Shown one piece after another: positions 49,078 to 62,700 of a stretch of DNA of 64,000 nt. The position numbers were made by a program, and so were the translations under genes. Each line of letters opens with the position of its first letter. Position 1 is the stretch's first letter. The notes below the pieces were generated by a model, which was not told the origin of the DNA, searched no databases, and saw only the letters and a program-made list of their open reading frames with translations. The stretch comes from Phoronis australis (taxonomy: Eukaryota > Animalia > Phoronida), in the NCBI GenBank assembly GCA_002633005.1, contig NMRA01000261.1:522861-586860 (forward strand), given 5' to 3'.

Positions 49078-49263
49078 TGGCCCACGCTGGTTCTATTGTT
49101 AATGTCTGCTGAAGCCAGGACCATGCTGGTTCTACTGTTGATGTCAGCTGATGGCCCATGCTGGTTCTACTGTTGATGTCTGCTGAAGCCGGGACTATGC
49201 TGGTTCTACTGTTGATGTCAGCTGATGGAGCATGCTGGTTCTACTGTTGATGTCAGCTGATGG
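49060..49263. repeat. 35/39-bp alternating minisatellite overlapping the RING gene stop codon
   Basis: Six occurrences of CTGTTGATGTC(A/T)GCTGA separated by ...CATGCTGGTTCTA. Confidence 0.92.
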
Positions 49264-52200
49264 AGAATGACTGTGCTTGTGCCCAGAGTTTGCAGACTTG
49301 CAGATTCATTTCACAGACTTTGATTATGAGGATGTAGTTTGTCGTTTTTTGTTTGTGTGTCTATTGAAGCAAAATTTTACGCTAGAAGTTTGCCTTTGAG
49401 TTGTCATTTTTGGATGGTGACCCAAACTGGACTCAATTTATTAATATTAAGGATGATAATGATAGCTGGAATGACACCGATGATGCTGATAGTAGCCTAC
49501 TTCATTTGCAGCCAGTCATTGGTATTTTGATTTATTAAAATCACGTACAGCAAATGCAAGTGGCATAGCTAAGGGTAGGTAAACTCTGGTATTACCAACT
49601 CTTGTTGTTTAGAAAACATCAGTTAAGCTGTTGTACCATCAGTGTTACTAGATGTATCACTGTCACGTGTGTTTGATGAATTTTAATTTGCTACATGAAT
49701 AGTATCTTGGAAGGTTAATGTATGTGTTGAAACCCAGAATCAGATGAAGATTAACTGCATTTTATAGTTGATTCTCCATATAGGTTTCACTTTGAACAAA
49801 TTTGTTTCTTAATATATCTCTCCAGGTACCAAACTTTTGAGTCTATAGCAAAGTAGAAGCATATTGTGATAAATATACAAATAACGAATAAATTACTCCA
49901 AGGTATTTCACAGGAGGAATTACTCGAGTTGCTACAGCTACAAAAAAAACGAATGTTCCTAGGATGGTGAATGTTATTCAAGTAATTATCATGAGAATGT
50001 GTCGTAGATAATTATGAACGTTTAAGTGAGTTTAAACTGTTCAGCGCGGTGAGAAATTGGAAGAAGACCATTCTCTGAGAGGCCACTGGGGTCTGCCTAC
50101 GGGACAATGGTGCCCAGGCAAAGAACTATGTGTATACTTTTATTTTGAGCTATTTACGATCTCTTTGTACGCCATACTTGTACCAGAATACGAAGCATCC
50201 GCAGAATCGATGTAGCACAAAAGTAAAGCATTGGCAAAAAGTCTCACCACTCACAATATTTGCTTGTCTGTGTGAACAATTGAAACGAACAGTAACAGAA
50301 TGACAGCATCATCCATACGTCTCCCTTTAAAACATTGTCCAGAGAAACAGCAAAGATATTCACCATTTCATAACGAAATAGATTGTTGCCTCGTTTTTGT
50401 CCAGATGTCATCGCCAGTAAGTAGGCCTACGTTAAATGTCATCAAACTTACACCTGTTTTGTTTAATTAATACTGCGTCACTGTTCTTCAATAATCTAGC
50501 TTAGTTCATACTCGTCTACTTCGCCCATCTCTTGATAGCCTTGGTTTTCCTCGAAGAGACTTGATCCGGGGACTATTCTTTTTACTGGAAATCTAAAACA
50601 TTTTTAATACTTTCCGCTATCCTTTTATACGAACTCGAGGACAATTATCTAGCATTCTGTTCTCGAGTATATTATGGATTACGCAAATAAGAGTGTTGTC
50701 CAAATTCGCTCTTGACGATCGGTTCGAGAAACAAACTCGAGTAAAACCTCAATATGTTGAGCAAAAACTCGAGATTTCTAACTTATATGTTTTAATGCTG
50801 GGATCATCAAGTGTAAAATAGGATTATACAGTTGTCCAAGTAAATCATATTCTCAAGCGCATAATGACACTTATCTTGAGTTCCTACAAAAGTAGAAAGA
50901 AAAATGATTAAAATATATTTCGATTTCGAACAAAAAGATTAGTCTCCAGTCCCTGGGCTGTGTTTTATGAGAAGTGGCTTGAGGCTTAAGTCGGGCTTAC
51001 GCTCTGCACAACCATTTCTGAAAACTAATAAAATCTCACTTGAGCAAAAGTGCGAAGTGCCTAAGGATACACACCCCAATGCTCAGATAATTTCTGTAAA
51101 TTATTTATAGACAGTGATGCGCTCGTAATTGCTTGACTAAGAATATACTTAAAAAATTGTAAAATGGGAGTGTTGGACCAAATTTCATGTCCTTTGGAAT
51201 GGATATTTAGCGCGACAGATCCACAAACCAAGTCGGGAGCTTTGCATCTCGGGGCTTCAATCCGTAGTTCAGCAGATCTACGCTCAGAGGTCAAGGAAAA
51301 ATTACTTTAGTGGGAAGTGAGGGCGGGGGGTTCGGGAGCGAAAAATGTTTTAATGCTGAAGTTCATGTCTGTAACCGGCAGGATGGGACGATATGAACGC
51401 ACGCCCCCTACCCGGCCACCCTCGGAGGGGCAGTTGCGGCCCACCTAAACCAGGATGGGTTTGACTTATTTTATATATTGATTTTTTTACTGACGACCGG
51501 GGGTTGCATTTATTGATTACAAAAATTAATTATTCATTGCTAAATTCAGCCTCATCAATTTGTTCTTCCAGAACTGACCCCAGTGAATTTTTAATGGGCA
51601 GCTGGCCTCCTCCAGCCGAAATCCGGGGATAGGATAATCCCTGAATTTTTTGGAATTATCGAAATTTTAAAACTAAAGGGACATTTTGACTGGAGTGTGT
51701 TTTTTTTTATTCCCGAAGGCTTTAAAAGAGCCTATTTTAATATGTAATAAACATATTTTCGAAGGATTTAAATCGTCCATATAAATAAGTAAGTTCTAAA
51801 TGTTCTTCATAACTGGCTTCTCCAGTAAAGATTTTCAATCATTTCCCAAGGGCACACGCAAAGATGAATGACGCCACCTATGAGAGGGAGTTTAGGGACT
51901 AAGACATGCTCAGGTTTAACTTGTGTGAATACTGATTGATTCTAGTGGTGACATTGTTACGGTTTCGCAAAAATCTTTGTTTGCGATTGTCAATACGTTA
52001 AGCACCTTGACATCAGCAAAACATACAGATAATCAGATAAAGTTACTGGAAGAATTTACTCTTCATAAATAACGCACCCCTAATAGCGATCTTTAACAGA
52101 TACGCTGTTCTTGGGATTCTTTGGGCAAAAGTTTCGACATTCCGTAATTATAAAACCACCAGGAGTATGTTCTTTGGGTAATTTATATATAGTGATCTTC

Positions 52201-52604
52201 GAGTTCCAAACTTGCATCATTTCGATTCTGGCCAGTACTGTACTGCTTTTTAATGCAGTCTTCCATTTTTGTTGTTTGGGCCGCATGTCTTGCTGCTGTG
52301 TTTCACACAATCATGTTTGTGGTTTTCTCGACCAATTATTATTTTTATATATCCCCTCACGCGAATAGTTGACAGGTCCCCTTCTCTGTGAGAAGGGTTC
52401 CTTAGAACGAAGGATCTTAATAAATATGAAAGGTAGTGGTCATGAACGGTGGAAACTGGAAACGAACGCCAAGGACGCCTTCATTGCCCTGCCCTCGAAG
52501 AGATGGAACCCCTTTATATGAGTTAAAAAACGGGCAAGTTTGCGGCAATTGATGCTATCACCAGGTCTTCTCTCTGTCAGCGCCACATTAATTTTAAGTA
52601 GCAC

Positions 52605-52647
52605 TCACACACACACACACACACGCACACAAACGCACACGCACACT
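52605..52647. repeat. (CA)n imperfect microsatellite
   Basis: Directly visible CA/CGCA run. Confidence 0.85.
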
Positions 52648-55600
52648 GCGGAACGACAGTTGAATTCATTAATCTCTTGCCAGAGAGTTGTTCGTAGAAA
52701 TGAACAGTTTAACATTATTTGAATGTTGATAACTTAAGTTAATAATCTGAATCAATTTGATCTGGCAATATATGCATATAAATTTATTTTGTACTTTTTC
52801 GAAGTATGCTAAAGTGACCTTTTCGCGTGCAGACGACACATTCTGTAGACTACACATCTTCAAAATGGGGCAGCCTAAAAATGGCCGACCAGGTCTTCCG
52901 AAAGGTAAACCAGGCACTGATAGTTGACAAAAAATTTCTTTGATTTAACTCTCTCTCCTAGACGCGTTTCGCTGTCTCTCTGATCATTTGCGTCCAAATC
53001 TGGGAATCAACTGCCTCTTGCTTCCGCCTAATACGCCTACGCGGGCCGCTACCAGGGTCCTCCTGACACCACATGCCTGCACCCGGGGGGGGGGGGCTCG
53101 GGGGGCTCGACCGAGGCCCCCATTTGGCGAAGTGGGCAAAAAGGTCCGTCTTAGAGAAACAAAAAGTCCGAGAAAACGAGACAAAAGTCCATTAAAAGGG
53201 CGCAGACGCACAGTGAAAGTGTTACCCCGTTTTTTTAGTTCTCCCGCATTTTTGTCAGCAAAAGGTCCACGTCACCAGAAATTCGAGCCCCCCTCATATT
53301 AAAGGTGGGTGCGCGCGTGCACCACGTCACATTATTGTATGTGGGGAGGGAGGGAGACGTGCCCGCATGCCGCTCGGCTTGCTGCGGCCCTTGGGGGTTG
53401 AGGACACCAACAACATGGCATTCCTTTAAAGTAGTCAGGGTAAAAGAACCTAACTGGTTTTCATGGGAAACACCCTTTAGGTTACTTGGCGGCACTGAAT
53501 CTCGTCACTTATTTATAAAAGCAATAATCTTCAAAGGGACACTGTCATTTATACGGCTGAGAAACATAGTTTCGGGATTGTTGGACGGAATAGACTTTCC
53601 GAAGCTATTAGGTTTGACCAGAGGCACAAAACAACAAAATCCGTTGCTTTTGCGATTTAATTACATGTCGCCAATTCTCGCCGTTGTTTGCCAGACGCTA
53701 AAATCAAGGCCGGTGTCTTACACGCTTTGAAAACAGTGCGCTATCTCACACGAGGGAGCGCTCGGCTGCCACTGCGGGTATCGGTAGAATTCCTTTTCTA
53801 GACGAGATACAATTTTTGCACTACGTTGGTTTACATTGTAAAAATGCAATGATGATCAGGCCATTTAAAAAGTTAACTGACAACCACTTATGTGTACGAA
53901 CATATTGCACAACCCTCTGCAATCACCGTGTTTTTCTCGAAAAAAATAAGATTTTCCATGGTAAGGAATCGCCGAAAATTCATGAAACACAAAAAACCTA
54001 ATCCATGGCTTTTTCACCGAACAACATAGTTGAAAAAATTACAGACAAGAAGGGACTTTGAATAAGTCCGACGCAGCACTAATTAGCTCAAGGTAAATTT
54101 GTAAACTTCAAACCAGAATGAAACGAAGGAGGTGCCACGAATCTTCCGACGAGTAGCAATGAACAGCATGGTTTTATCTTGTGGGAGCGCGAAGGGAGTA
54201 ATCTTAAGTTGTTGGGTCTACTATTTGTGTGTGACGTGGAGAACCTTAACAATGTCTTGTACCCGATGGGCGCGCTTGTACTGTGAACTTTGCGCCTGTC
54301 ACTGAAAGTAACCCATTTACGCGGGAAAGCGCCAGAATTTAACTTTTGGTTTGTTGTACCGCAAGCTGGGCCATTCACTTTCGGTTTTGAACTTTCCACA
54401 GTAATTAATGGGGGTGAAGGGGGGAGGGTATGCCCAACTTAGCTGCTGTTGTGAAGTTCCACGGGCACAAACCAAGACAAAGCAGAAGTGCGCATATCAA
54501 GCCTACTTACAACAGATTCTTTCCATATGTCGCTGAAGATATTTCGCTTAAACTGTACAGCGCAATCACAAAGGGCCCTTGGGGAGTAATCAACCGTAAC
54601 ACACAACGAAATATCCACGAGTCCGAGTCTTGAGTGCATATGTACGTAGATTAGATCTATTCATGGAGAACGTCATGTAAACTTCATTAGCAAATGTCAG
54701 ATCTATTCAAACAACTAGGAATAATCGTGGTTGTCACTGGGTATAGTTGTTCCACAAAATAATTTCATTGTAATCTAAATTAATATCAGACATTATGTAG
54801 GTCCCTAAAGGAAATAGAGACTATTTCCGTGACTTTATGAAGATATAATAATATTCACTTTGGGTTCCTGACGTACATAATCATACCTGGGCATACATTT
54901 AGCTGATCGTGAGGTCTACCACTTTGAAATCCTTCAAGAACTTGTCCATTTTCGTTTTTTGTAAATCACTGATTTAGTGTCCAAAGCTTAGTAGGTCAGT
55001 AGCATGCAGAGGGGGTTGGGAAGCATCCACTGAATGACTAGGAATAAACCTTTTGAAATTGTGACTGATTTGTAGTTAAATTGAATACAATTTCTATTTT
55101 ATTTTGCATGTTTTTACTCTTCTTAGTACTAGGGTCCATGCATTTGAGTAGAGAGAGGGGCATCCCATAAAAATCGCCCCGGGTATCACCAACTGAAAGC
55201 CCACGCTACTGCCCATGCTCATCTATAAACCATATTTTTATTTTCTTTGACAACGAATGTTTGTGGGACAAAGATGGAGGACGATCGCGCCTTATTGGTT
55301 GGAATTAATGGCTTGACTATCCATTTCACTTGATTTGCAAAAGGTTTTGTGGTTAATACTGTATAAGGCATGGCTGTTAATTCGTTAGCACGTAAGAATC
55401 AATACTCAATACGTTACTTCATGGATTTTTACTATAGTGCATGGTTAATAATTATTTTTCTTTAAGATAATAAGTGAAATGACGGCTTCAAGTCTAGCTG
55501 AATGAAAAACAGGTGTGATATGAAAAGTAAGTGACTATGATTTGGCATCTAGTCGATTTTTTTCACAGCCGTTGAACAAAAGTTATCAGGAAATCTGTCG

Positions 55601-56607
55601 GCACTCGCGTGTGACATTAGCAAGACATTTTCTTAAACGTCGCTACTTTTCCTTTGTGTTCGAGTTCTGTTAACATTTGCCAGTAAATTAAGTGTAACCT
55701 CTTATGCATGTAGCTACTGGGCAATGGTCGTATTTGTTTGCAGTTATGTACCATGCTCAGGGGGGGTTTTGTGGAAACCTAGAAAAATGTCCAAATGGCT
55801 ATATTAGGAGCATCATGTCTCATGAGAAATGGGCGATCGGAATTAAATGAAACTTTCATATACTTAAAGTGCTCTCCAAAACTTTGCCAAGAATTATTTT
55901 TAAACTATCTTACTTTGTAGGAGCGATTTTCAAAAAATAAGACTTTTACGATCTTTGAAAGTTGCGTATAACGAAAACTCTTATTATAACAACACTGCTC
56001 ATGATGAGCTCCCTCTGACGACAACATTTCACAGTTATTTTGATTTACCTGAAATACTCCACGAATCACGATGGTTATGTAGAGTAAGGAGTGGCAATAA
56101 AGTCCATCATTTTCCGTTGCTCTTTTGAATATAGTCAGTGGTGACTCTGCTAGTATAATATTTAATTCAAATCAACTGATTTGAGCAAATATTGCACTGA
56201 CACGACGACGCTTAGAGGGCGTTTTGCTCCGTGCATAAGGATCGACTGAGGGTGAATCCGTAAACACACAGGGCGTTGTCTCGGTATTTTTGGTAACGAG
56301 GTGTCCGGAATGCTCAAATTTGCCATTGGCGGTGAACGTTATCCACGAATGTGCGAAACTTCCGTTATAAGGCCTATTCACCTCTTTCACGAACGCGGGG
56401 CGCTGCTGTCGTGTTGATCGAAAACGAGGCGCCTTGACAAACATGGCATCGTCCTGCAAGGTGGTGTGGTCAAAAGACTTATCAAAGTTGAAGTTGTCTG
56501 ATGTTGAATCGATCTCCAAAAAACATACCAATACTTACGGCAACTAGACTTTTACCCTCCTCAGCCATTCCTTAGTAGTTTTCCCTCTTTTGAAAAAGTG
56601 TGGAAGT

Positions 56608-57994
56608 CAGGGATATACGCAGGCTTTTAGTCTTGAAAAACCCTGCTCGGGCCAGCTGGGCGAGTGCCGGAGCCAGAAAATCTACTCGCCAAGCCCGAAG
56701 TTCGGTCACCCGGCCGTTGGCGTCAGTTTTTTTTTTTGTTTATTACGAAATCTTCAGAATACAATGAATATTCATAACCCAGAAAGCGCCAAGAGGCATT
56801 AGATCTGGGTAAAAAACTACAAAGAAGTGTACATACAATGATTACATACAAATACATAAATAAAAAAACTGATTTTAAGAATACAATGATATATGACAAC
56901 GAATGAAAATAATTTATTTTCATACAGATGTATAAAATTCTATCCACTCACACAAAGAGATTTAATGTTATAAAGAAATTCTGATACTATTTCAAATAAA
57001 ACCATATTTTCGTTTGAGTTAAGTTCTTGACATCCATATAGAAAGAAATTAATTTTGTTGTACAATTGCGGAACTTCAGAGTATTTTTTATAAACATTGG
57101 GGTATTGTTCGAGTGCCTGGAAGAGCTGTACCCTCTCCTNNNNNNNNNNNNNNNNNNNNNNNNNNNNNNNNNNNNNNNNNNNNNNNNNNNNNNNNNNNNN
57201 NNNNNNNNNNNNNNNNNNNNNNNNNNNNNNNNNNNNNNNNNNNNNNNNNNNNNNNNNNNNNNNNNNNNNNNNNNNNNNNNNNNNNNNNNNNNNNNNNNNN
57301 NNNNNNNNNNNNNNNNNNNNNNNNNNNNNNNNNNNNNNNNNNNNNNNNNNNNNNNNNNNNNNNNNNNTTATTGATAAATTGAATACATTTACTGTAGAAT
57401 TTTAGAACTGTGAGGTAAGACATTTTTCGCACTGATATATCCACATTCATGGACTGGGCGCTTATTTTAGCGAAGTCTGAAAACGAGTGGGGACGCTTAT
57501 AGGGGCATGGGCGCTTATTAGGACGAATGTTATAAAAATAATTTTGGCTAAAATGACATTGTATATTACAATAAGAAATCAGTTCCAAGAAATATGGTAT
57601 TTCATTTGCTATGAGCACATGGACCGGTCTTCCACCTTTCTCCCCTTTTCTTCGTTTCGCCGGGACTAGTCCACAAATTCTTTGTGCACGACCACACACT
57701 GTGTTTTTTTGACGAATCGCGTAACGGGTAACATGTACTAAATCGGTAGGGTCGCACTGCGCCGATGTTTTTTACTGCCGGAGCATCAACACGATGACCA
57801 AACTGAACCTTAAATTCATGATAAAAACAGCACAAGGAGGAGGAAAATTATTCATATTCATCTGGGAAACGATATTTAGTGCTTTTGCGCTCTGAAATTC
57901 GCTCGCCACCGGGCGACCGGCAAGTCAACTTCTACTCGCCCAGCACCATTTTTACTCGCATTGGCGACTGGGCGAGTGGCTAAGTATATCCCTG
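56608..57994. mobile_element. hAT-like non-autonomous element spanning an assembly gap
   Basis: 11-bp TIR CAGGGATATAC...GTATATCCCTG, with repeated GGCGAGT/ACTCGCC subterminal motifs at both ends. Confidence 0.65.
57140..57367. other. Assembly gap
   Basis: Run of N. Confidence 0.99.
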
Positions 57995-58899
57995 GGAAGG
58001 ATACCGACGAGTTATTACTGGAATTGGTACGTTCAGGCTCTGCACAGTACACCATGGCCAGCTGATGATCACTCACGAGGGTTTATCATTGTGCCTCGTT
58101 TTCGATCAGTAATTAAAGATGGCGCGGGAAGATGGCGCTTTCGTGAAATAGGTGAATCAAAGCCACATAATTTGAAGTACTGACCGATGTCTGCCCACGC
58201 GCGCAAAAGGAACTTACTTCCAAAGAGGTTTGTACCGCTATCGAACCACCCTTCAAATACATTGGCAATAGGTGGCCAGATCATGGCATCAGGGCGATTG
58301 TCAATGCATTAAGGGTGGGCCCGCAGTTTTCATTTTCTGCACCGACACGACCGGAAAACCACTGGATACGAGATGGCTGATAATATCACTGTTCCGAAGG
58401 TATGTGGAGAGTGAATTGCAACAAAACAGCGCACATGGTGCACCCCATATCGTGTCGCGTATTATTAACTTACCACCGACTTGCACCTGTGCGTTCGTGA
58501 CCTGTTTTGCCTTCTCGGTCCTCCTAAATTTCATTCTCCAGGTCAGTGTCACTAATTTCCCCCCGGGATTTGCCTCTACTCCTCCGCCGTCACATGTTTC
58601 CGCCCCGTTCATCGATCACTCATTTCGTAGACCCGTCTCCGAAAATTCTTTTGACCCTGCCCCGGCCTTCCGCTTTCTAGCCTATGGCCCTGGTGACACC
58701 TCGCCCGTACAGTCATTAGAGTTTTGCCATCTATTGTAGCCCTTCGCTGCCCGGTTGTCATCAATCCCGAAATTACATCACATGTTCCCTTTTACGTGTT
58801 CTGTTACTTGTAATTTGTTAAATCACGTAAGAATGCGAACGAGTGTGTTTGCAAAACCGTAAGAATCTCTGTTGCGTTCAGGTTTAGGACGCTTATATT

Positions 58900-59700
58900 A
58901 ACGACACTTTGGCGATGTTTGAGAAACGACACGATGTTCGTTTGTGTCGTCACAATAAAAAAGCTGGTATCCAATGCCAGCATCGCAATGCAAAAAGCAT
59001 TATTGATCGTTGGGGGAATTTTATCAGTTTGTCAATTGCACAGTGTAGCTTTACGGGAGCAAATTGACCTTGAGAATTGTGCAATCTAACCTACCTCGTG
59101 TTGTTTCTGCGCTGAGGCAGCTCTGGCTTTCACTTTCAGGTATGTGTTTTGAGCTCAATTTGTGATAAGTAACCTACCCATTTCCACATTTCATCAGCTC
59201 ATCTACAGTAGACAATCTAATCCCTCAATCATGGACCGCACGGGAATTCTGTATCACGTGGTGTACTTAAGTAACGCCGTGCACCGTAATTCGGTTTCTA
59301 CGAACACCTATCATTCTTCAGAAAGCATAGTACAAACAGATTTAAATTACCAATTGTACGATCATCACTTGATGTCAAAAATGTGAAAGCTCATTGTATT
59401 GACCATTTTCAGAGTGTGTTAGAGTCCGCACAGTCCTACTCAACTGCATTCTTTTAATCAGTCGAAATACATTTCTCTGAACACCATCGGCTGGGCTAGT
59501 GCTCTTCATATTTATCAAAATGTTCCCATAAAAAGTTGTCATCCCCACACCGCGCATCAAAGACTTTTTCACTGACATTGCCAGATTTGCCCACCACGTC
59601 CTCCAGTGACGCATATGGGGAAGATATATATCTCATCCACTCCCAGGGAACAGACGGTGGCAGCATTGCGTGAGTAAAGCGGTTAAAAATAAAATCTAGG
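58900..59700 (-). pseudogene. Possible highly decayed P-element/THAP9-like transposase relic
   Basis: Short motifs in shifting frames in the expected order: VDEIYI..GG, FM..F.KYE, HKLSSKHI, KVKA, IDKL. Many stops. Confidence 0.35.
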
Positions 59701-62700
59701 GGCATGGCTACGCTTTAATTGTCTACGTCATCTTAACTGTTCAGGTTGCTCCACCAGATTCGCAAATAGTAAACAATTTGCAAGTCGGACTTTAAAAGAG
59801 ACCGGGAACGCGATTAACGGACTAAATTTCAAAATTGAAAGCGGTTCTCTGCCGCTGAAACAGAATTCAACCTGCTCACCAGGTATTTTTAGGGTTTGTT
59901 CGCAAAATTCTTAATTTCTGATGATATCAAAACATTTTTCTTTTGAGTTACCAAATTTCAAAAAAAAACACCTACCAACTGCTCGCCAGTTCGCCGATTT
60001 TTCTACCAGAGCATGTCTCCTTATTTGGTATGGCAAGATACTGACGTAGCACATTTCCCTTATATGGAAAATGTGACCTTTTACCTCAAACGACTTTAAA
60101 CAACTGACTATGAGCGCATGCGTGCATTTATCATATGTGGGAGGGATACTAGAAACTGTGTGATAACCACAGTTTTGCCTTAACGCTCATTCCGAAAATC
60201 GTGAATTTTGTGATTTTTTCTGGAAATTTCCTCAAAGGGAAAGTAATATTTTCGTCAGGAATTGTTTAGAAAATATTTTTTGACGAGCTTTCGCGTTCTG
60301 TACGTCAACGGAATTTTGTTTTTTAGGTATATTGGGCTAGCCAGACAGCCATGCCAAAGCCTTTGCAAAATAAAAAACGCGAGTTTAATCATTCAAATGT
60401 AGGCCTGTCAAATGATAAGTGAAGTTGCCTTTTTGTGCCATATTGCGTTACCGCGAGCTCCCGACAAAAAGAACAAAAGACCGAAAACAGTTGTATTGAA
60501 TAGGGGCGTGAATAGAACGCCATTGCGTGCGAGTGTTACTCGCAGCTTTTTGAATTACTCTGATTCTCGCGGTGACGTAGACAAAAGCAAGCCAATACGC
60601 CAGACAGTTTGTAACATTCGGTAATTTATAGCTCTAGTGGGTCAAAGCGATGCCTTGACGTGCTGTAGGAACCAAATTTACTGGTGTCACCGTTTAAGGT
60701 AGGCTTTAAGACATTACACGTGCATCACTGAGTCAAGTTTCCTACTAGAGAGTGAATATAGGTGATGTTATTGAGAAAATAACGGCAAGAACGCTCGTGC
60801 AACCGTGAGGATGTGAAAAAAATTCTGCAGACACCGAGACTTGAAGCGTGGTTTCACCCTGCGTGACAGCCAAGTGACAAGAGTCAATTGCCACTTGGGA
60901 AGCGATTTAGAGAGGCTTTATGTGACTCTACGTGAACACTCGGAAGTCACGTGCCACAGCACTTGGACGATTTTCTATCTTGTAGTAGTTGCTGATCCTG
61001 ATGAATTATCAAGTAATTTTTCAACGCGAGTTGCCTACTGTTAAAAAATCCGTTATTGTTTTAGAAATATACTTCCTGGAAACGGTCCTCATTTGTATTA
61101 TATGAGTAGGAAAGGTAATTTATTCTGTTTTATTCACAATTTGTTACCCATCTTCGGGATAACAACAGAATTTCCCATTACGCACTGTTCTCAACTGATT
61201 GTTGTTTTCCATGCCCAATGTTCGGCTTTGCTTGATATTCTCCAGACACGACGTTGTTCCGGCTCAAAATTCTTGAGCCCCGATGTCCGATCATTCCGGT
61301 TTCTCCCCGGCTCGGTGCTAGGTGGTTCCTTAGTAATGTGGGTGTCATTCCAAGTTGTCTTTATACCAAAGGAACAGAAGATTTTTAATAATATATTAAA
61401 TCCTTCTGCAATTTTACGTTTTCACCAATGAGCATACGTCACTCTGTTTGGTTTGTGTTAGAAGCAATTGCTGTACGACGGCTATTCCTCCAATTCTTTC
61501 GCTTATTCGAGATTTTGAACCAAACGTCACAGTGGGGTCCTTCTCAGTCTCGTGTAGACTAGTTATGAATACATCACCTTATCTTAAAGCCGAAATGTGT
61601 CAAAGGCGAAAAAAAAATCGAATTGGCTTTCAAATGTGATTAATAAAGACACTAGCGCAACCACCGGGACACAGTGAGACCATGCTTCCTGTTCACTGTT
61701 AAAAAGATACCCCCGTGAAAAACTATTTTTGCTTTCACCTCTTTTCATTGTTAGTGTCCCCAGGTTGCCGTTTTTGTTGTGCATGCACCTGATGCCCACC
61801 AATTGAGTTAACGGGTAGAGAGATCACCAGGTTTGGGGAACATCGGTTTCGGGGGGCACCGAGCCGAGGGGACATGGCGGTGTAGAGGGACACCGAGGAG
61901 GGTATCATACGGCTGGGGGGGGNCTAGTCAAAATCACAAGAACTGTCAGTTCCTGTCAGTTTAATTAGCCAAAACTGTAAGACCGATATTTCTCTTGAAA
62001 TTTTAGGTTTTACTGTAATGCTCACATTTTGCCAAATAACATAAATGTTAGATCTTTGCAATGGAAATTGTTAAAACGTACAGAGTCGCTGGTAGTGTCA
62101 AAACAATCCCCTTTCTTCAGGTCTGCAGCTATGTAGCAAAATATCGAGAGACAACAAACACACAAATTAAACACTAGCTATATTTCGAGACTGCATGTCT
62201 CTTCATCAGGCAATAAGTGGAATGAACATATACTCAGCGAAATAAACAGTGAAATACACGTAACAGCGAGAAGAGGGCATACAAACAAAGAGTGTGAATG
62301 CAACACATGGTAGGAAGCCCGCAACACTATCGAAACAGCTGAAACTATTTCTTGCCTAGTTATTTTTTCGGCCGTGTTGGTGTACAAAACGATTTTGAAT
62401 GGACCCGCCCTGCAAGTGCATGGACAATCGTCGCGAGCGAGAACACACCGTGTGTTCCGGCAATGTGACGCTGTTCACGAGAATGAGAACGAAGACATTC
62501 GTCCATATGACTATGAATTAGTACTAAACAACATTACATTTGGCCACTGGTCGTAATGTTTATTATCAAAATATACAGTCACGCCACCTTGAAAAACAAC
62601 CCCAGTCATGAAAGATTACGACCAGTGGCCAAATAAAAAGTGCGTGTTTTTATGACTTGAAACAACTCATGAAAGTATTATTTGCGGCAGGACAGCAATT

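Noticed and set aside
58555-58600. GGVEANPGG resembling a 2A ribosomal-skip peptide
   Set aside because: Lacks the required D and final P of D(V/I)ExNPGP, and the surrounding frame is decayed.
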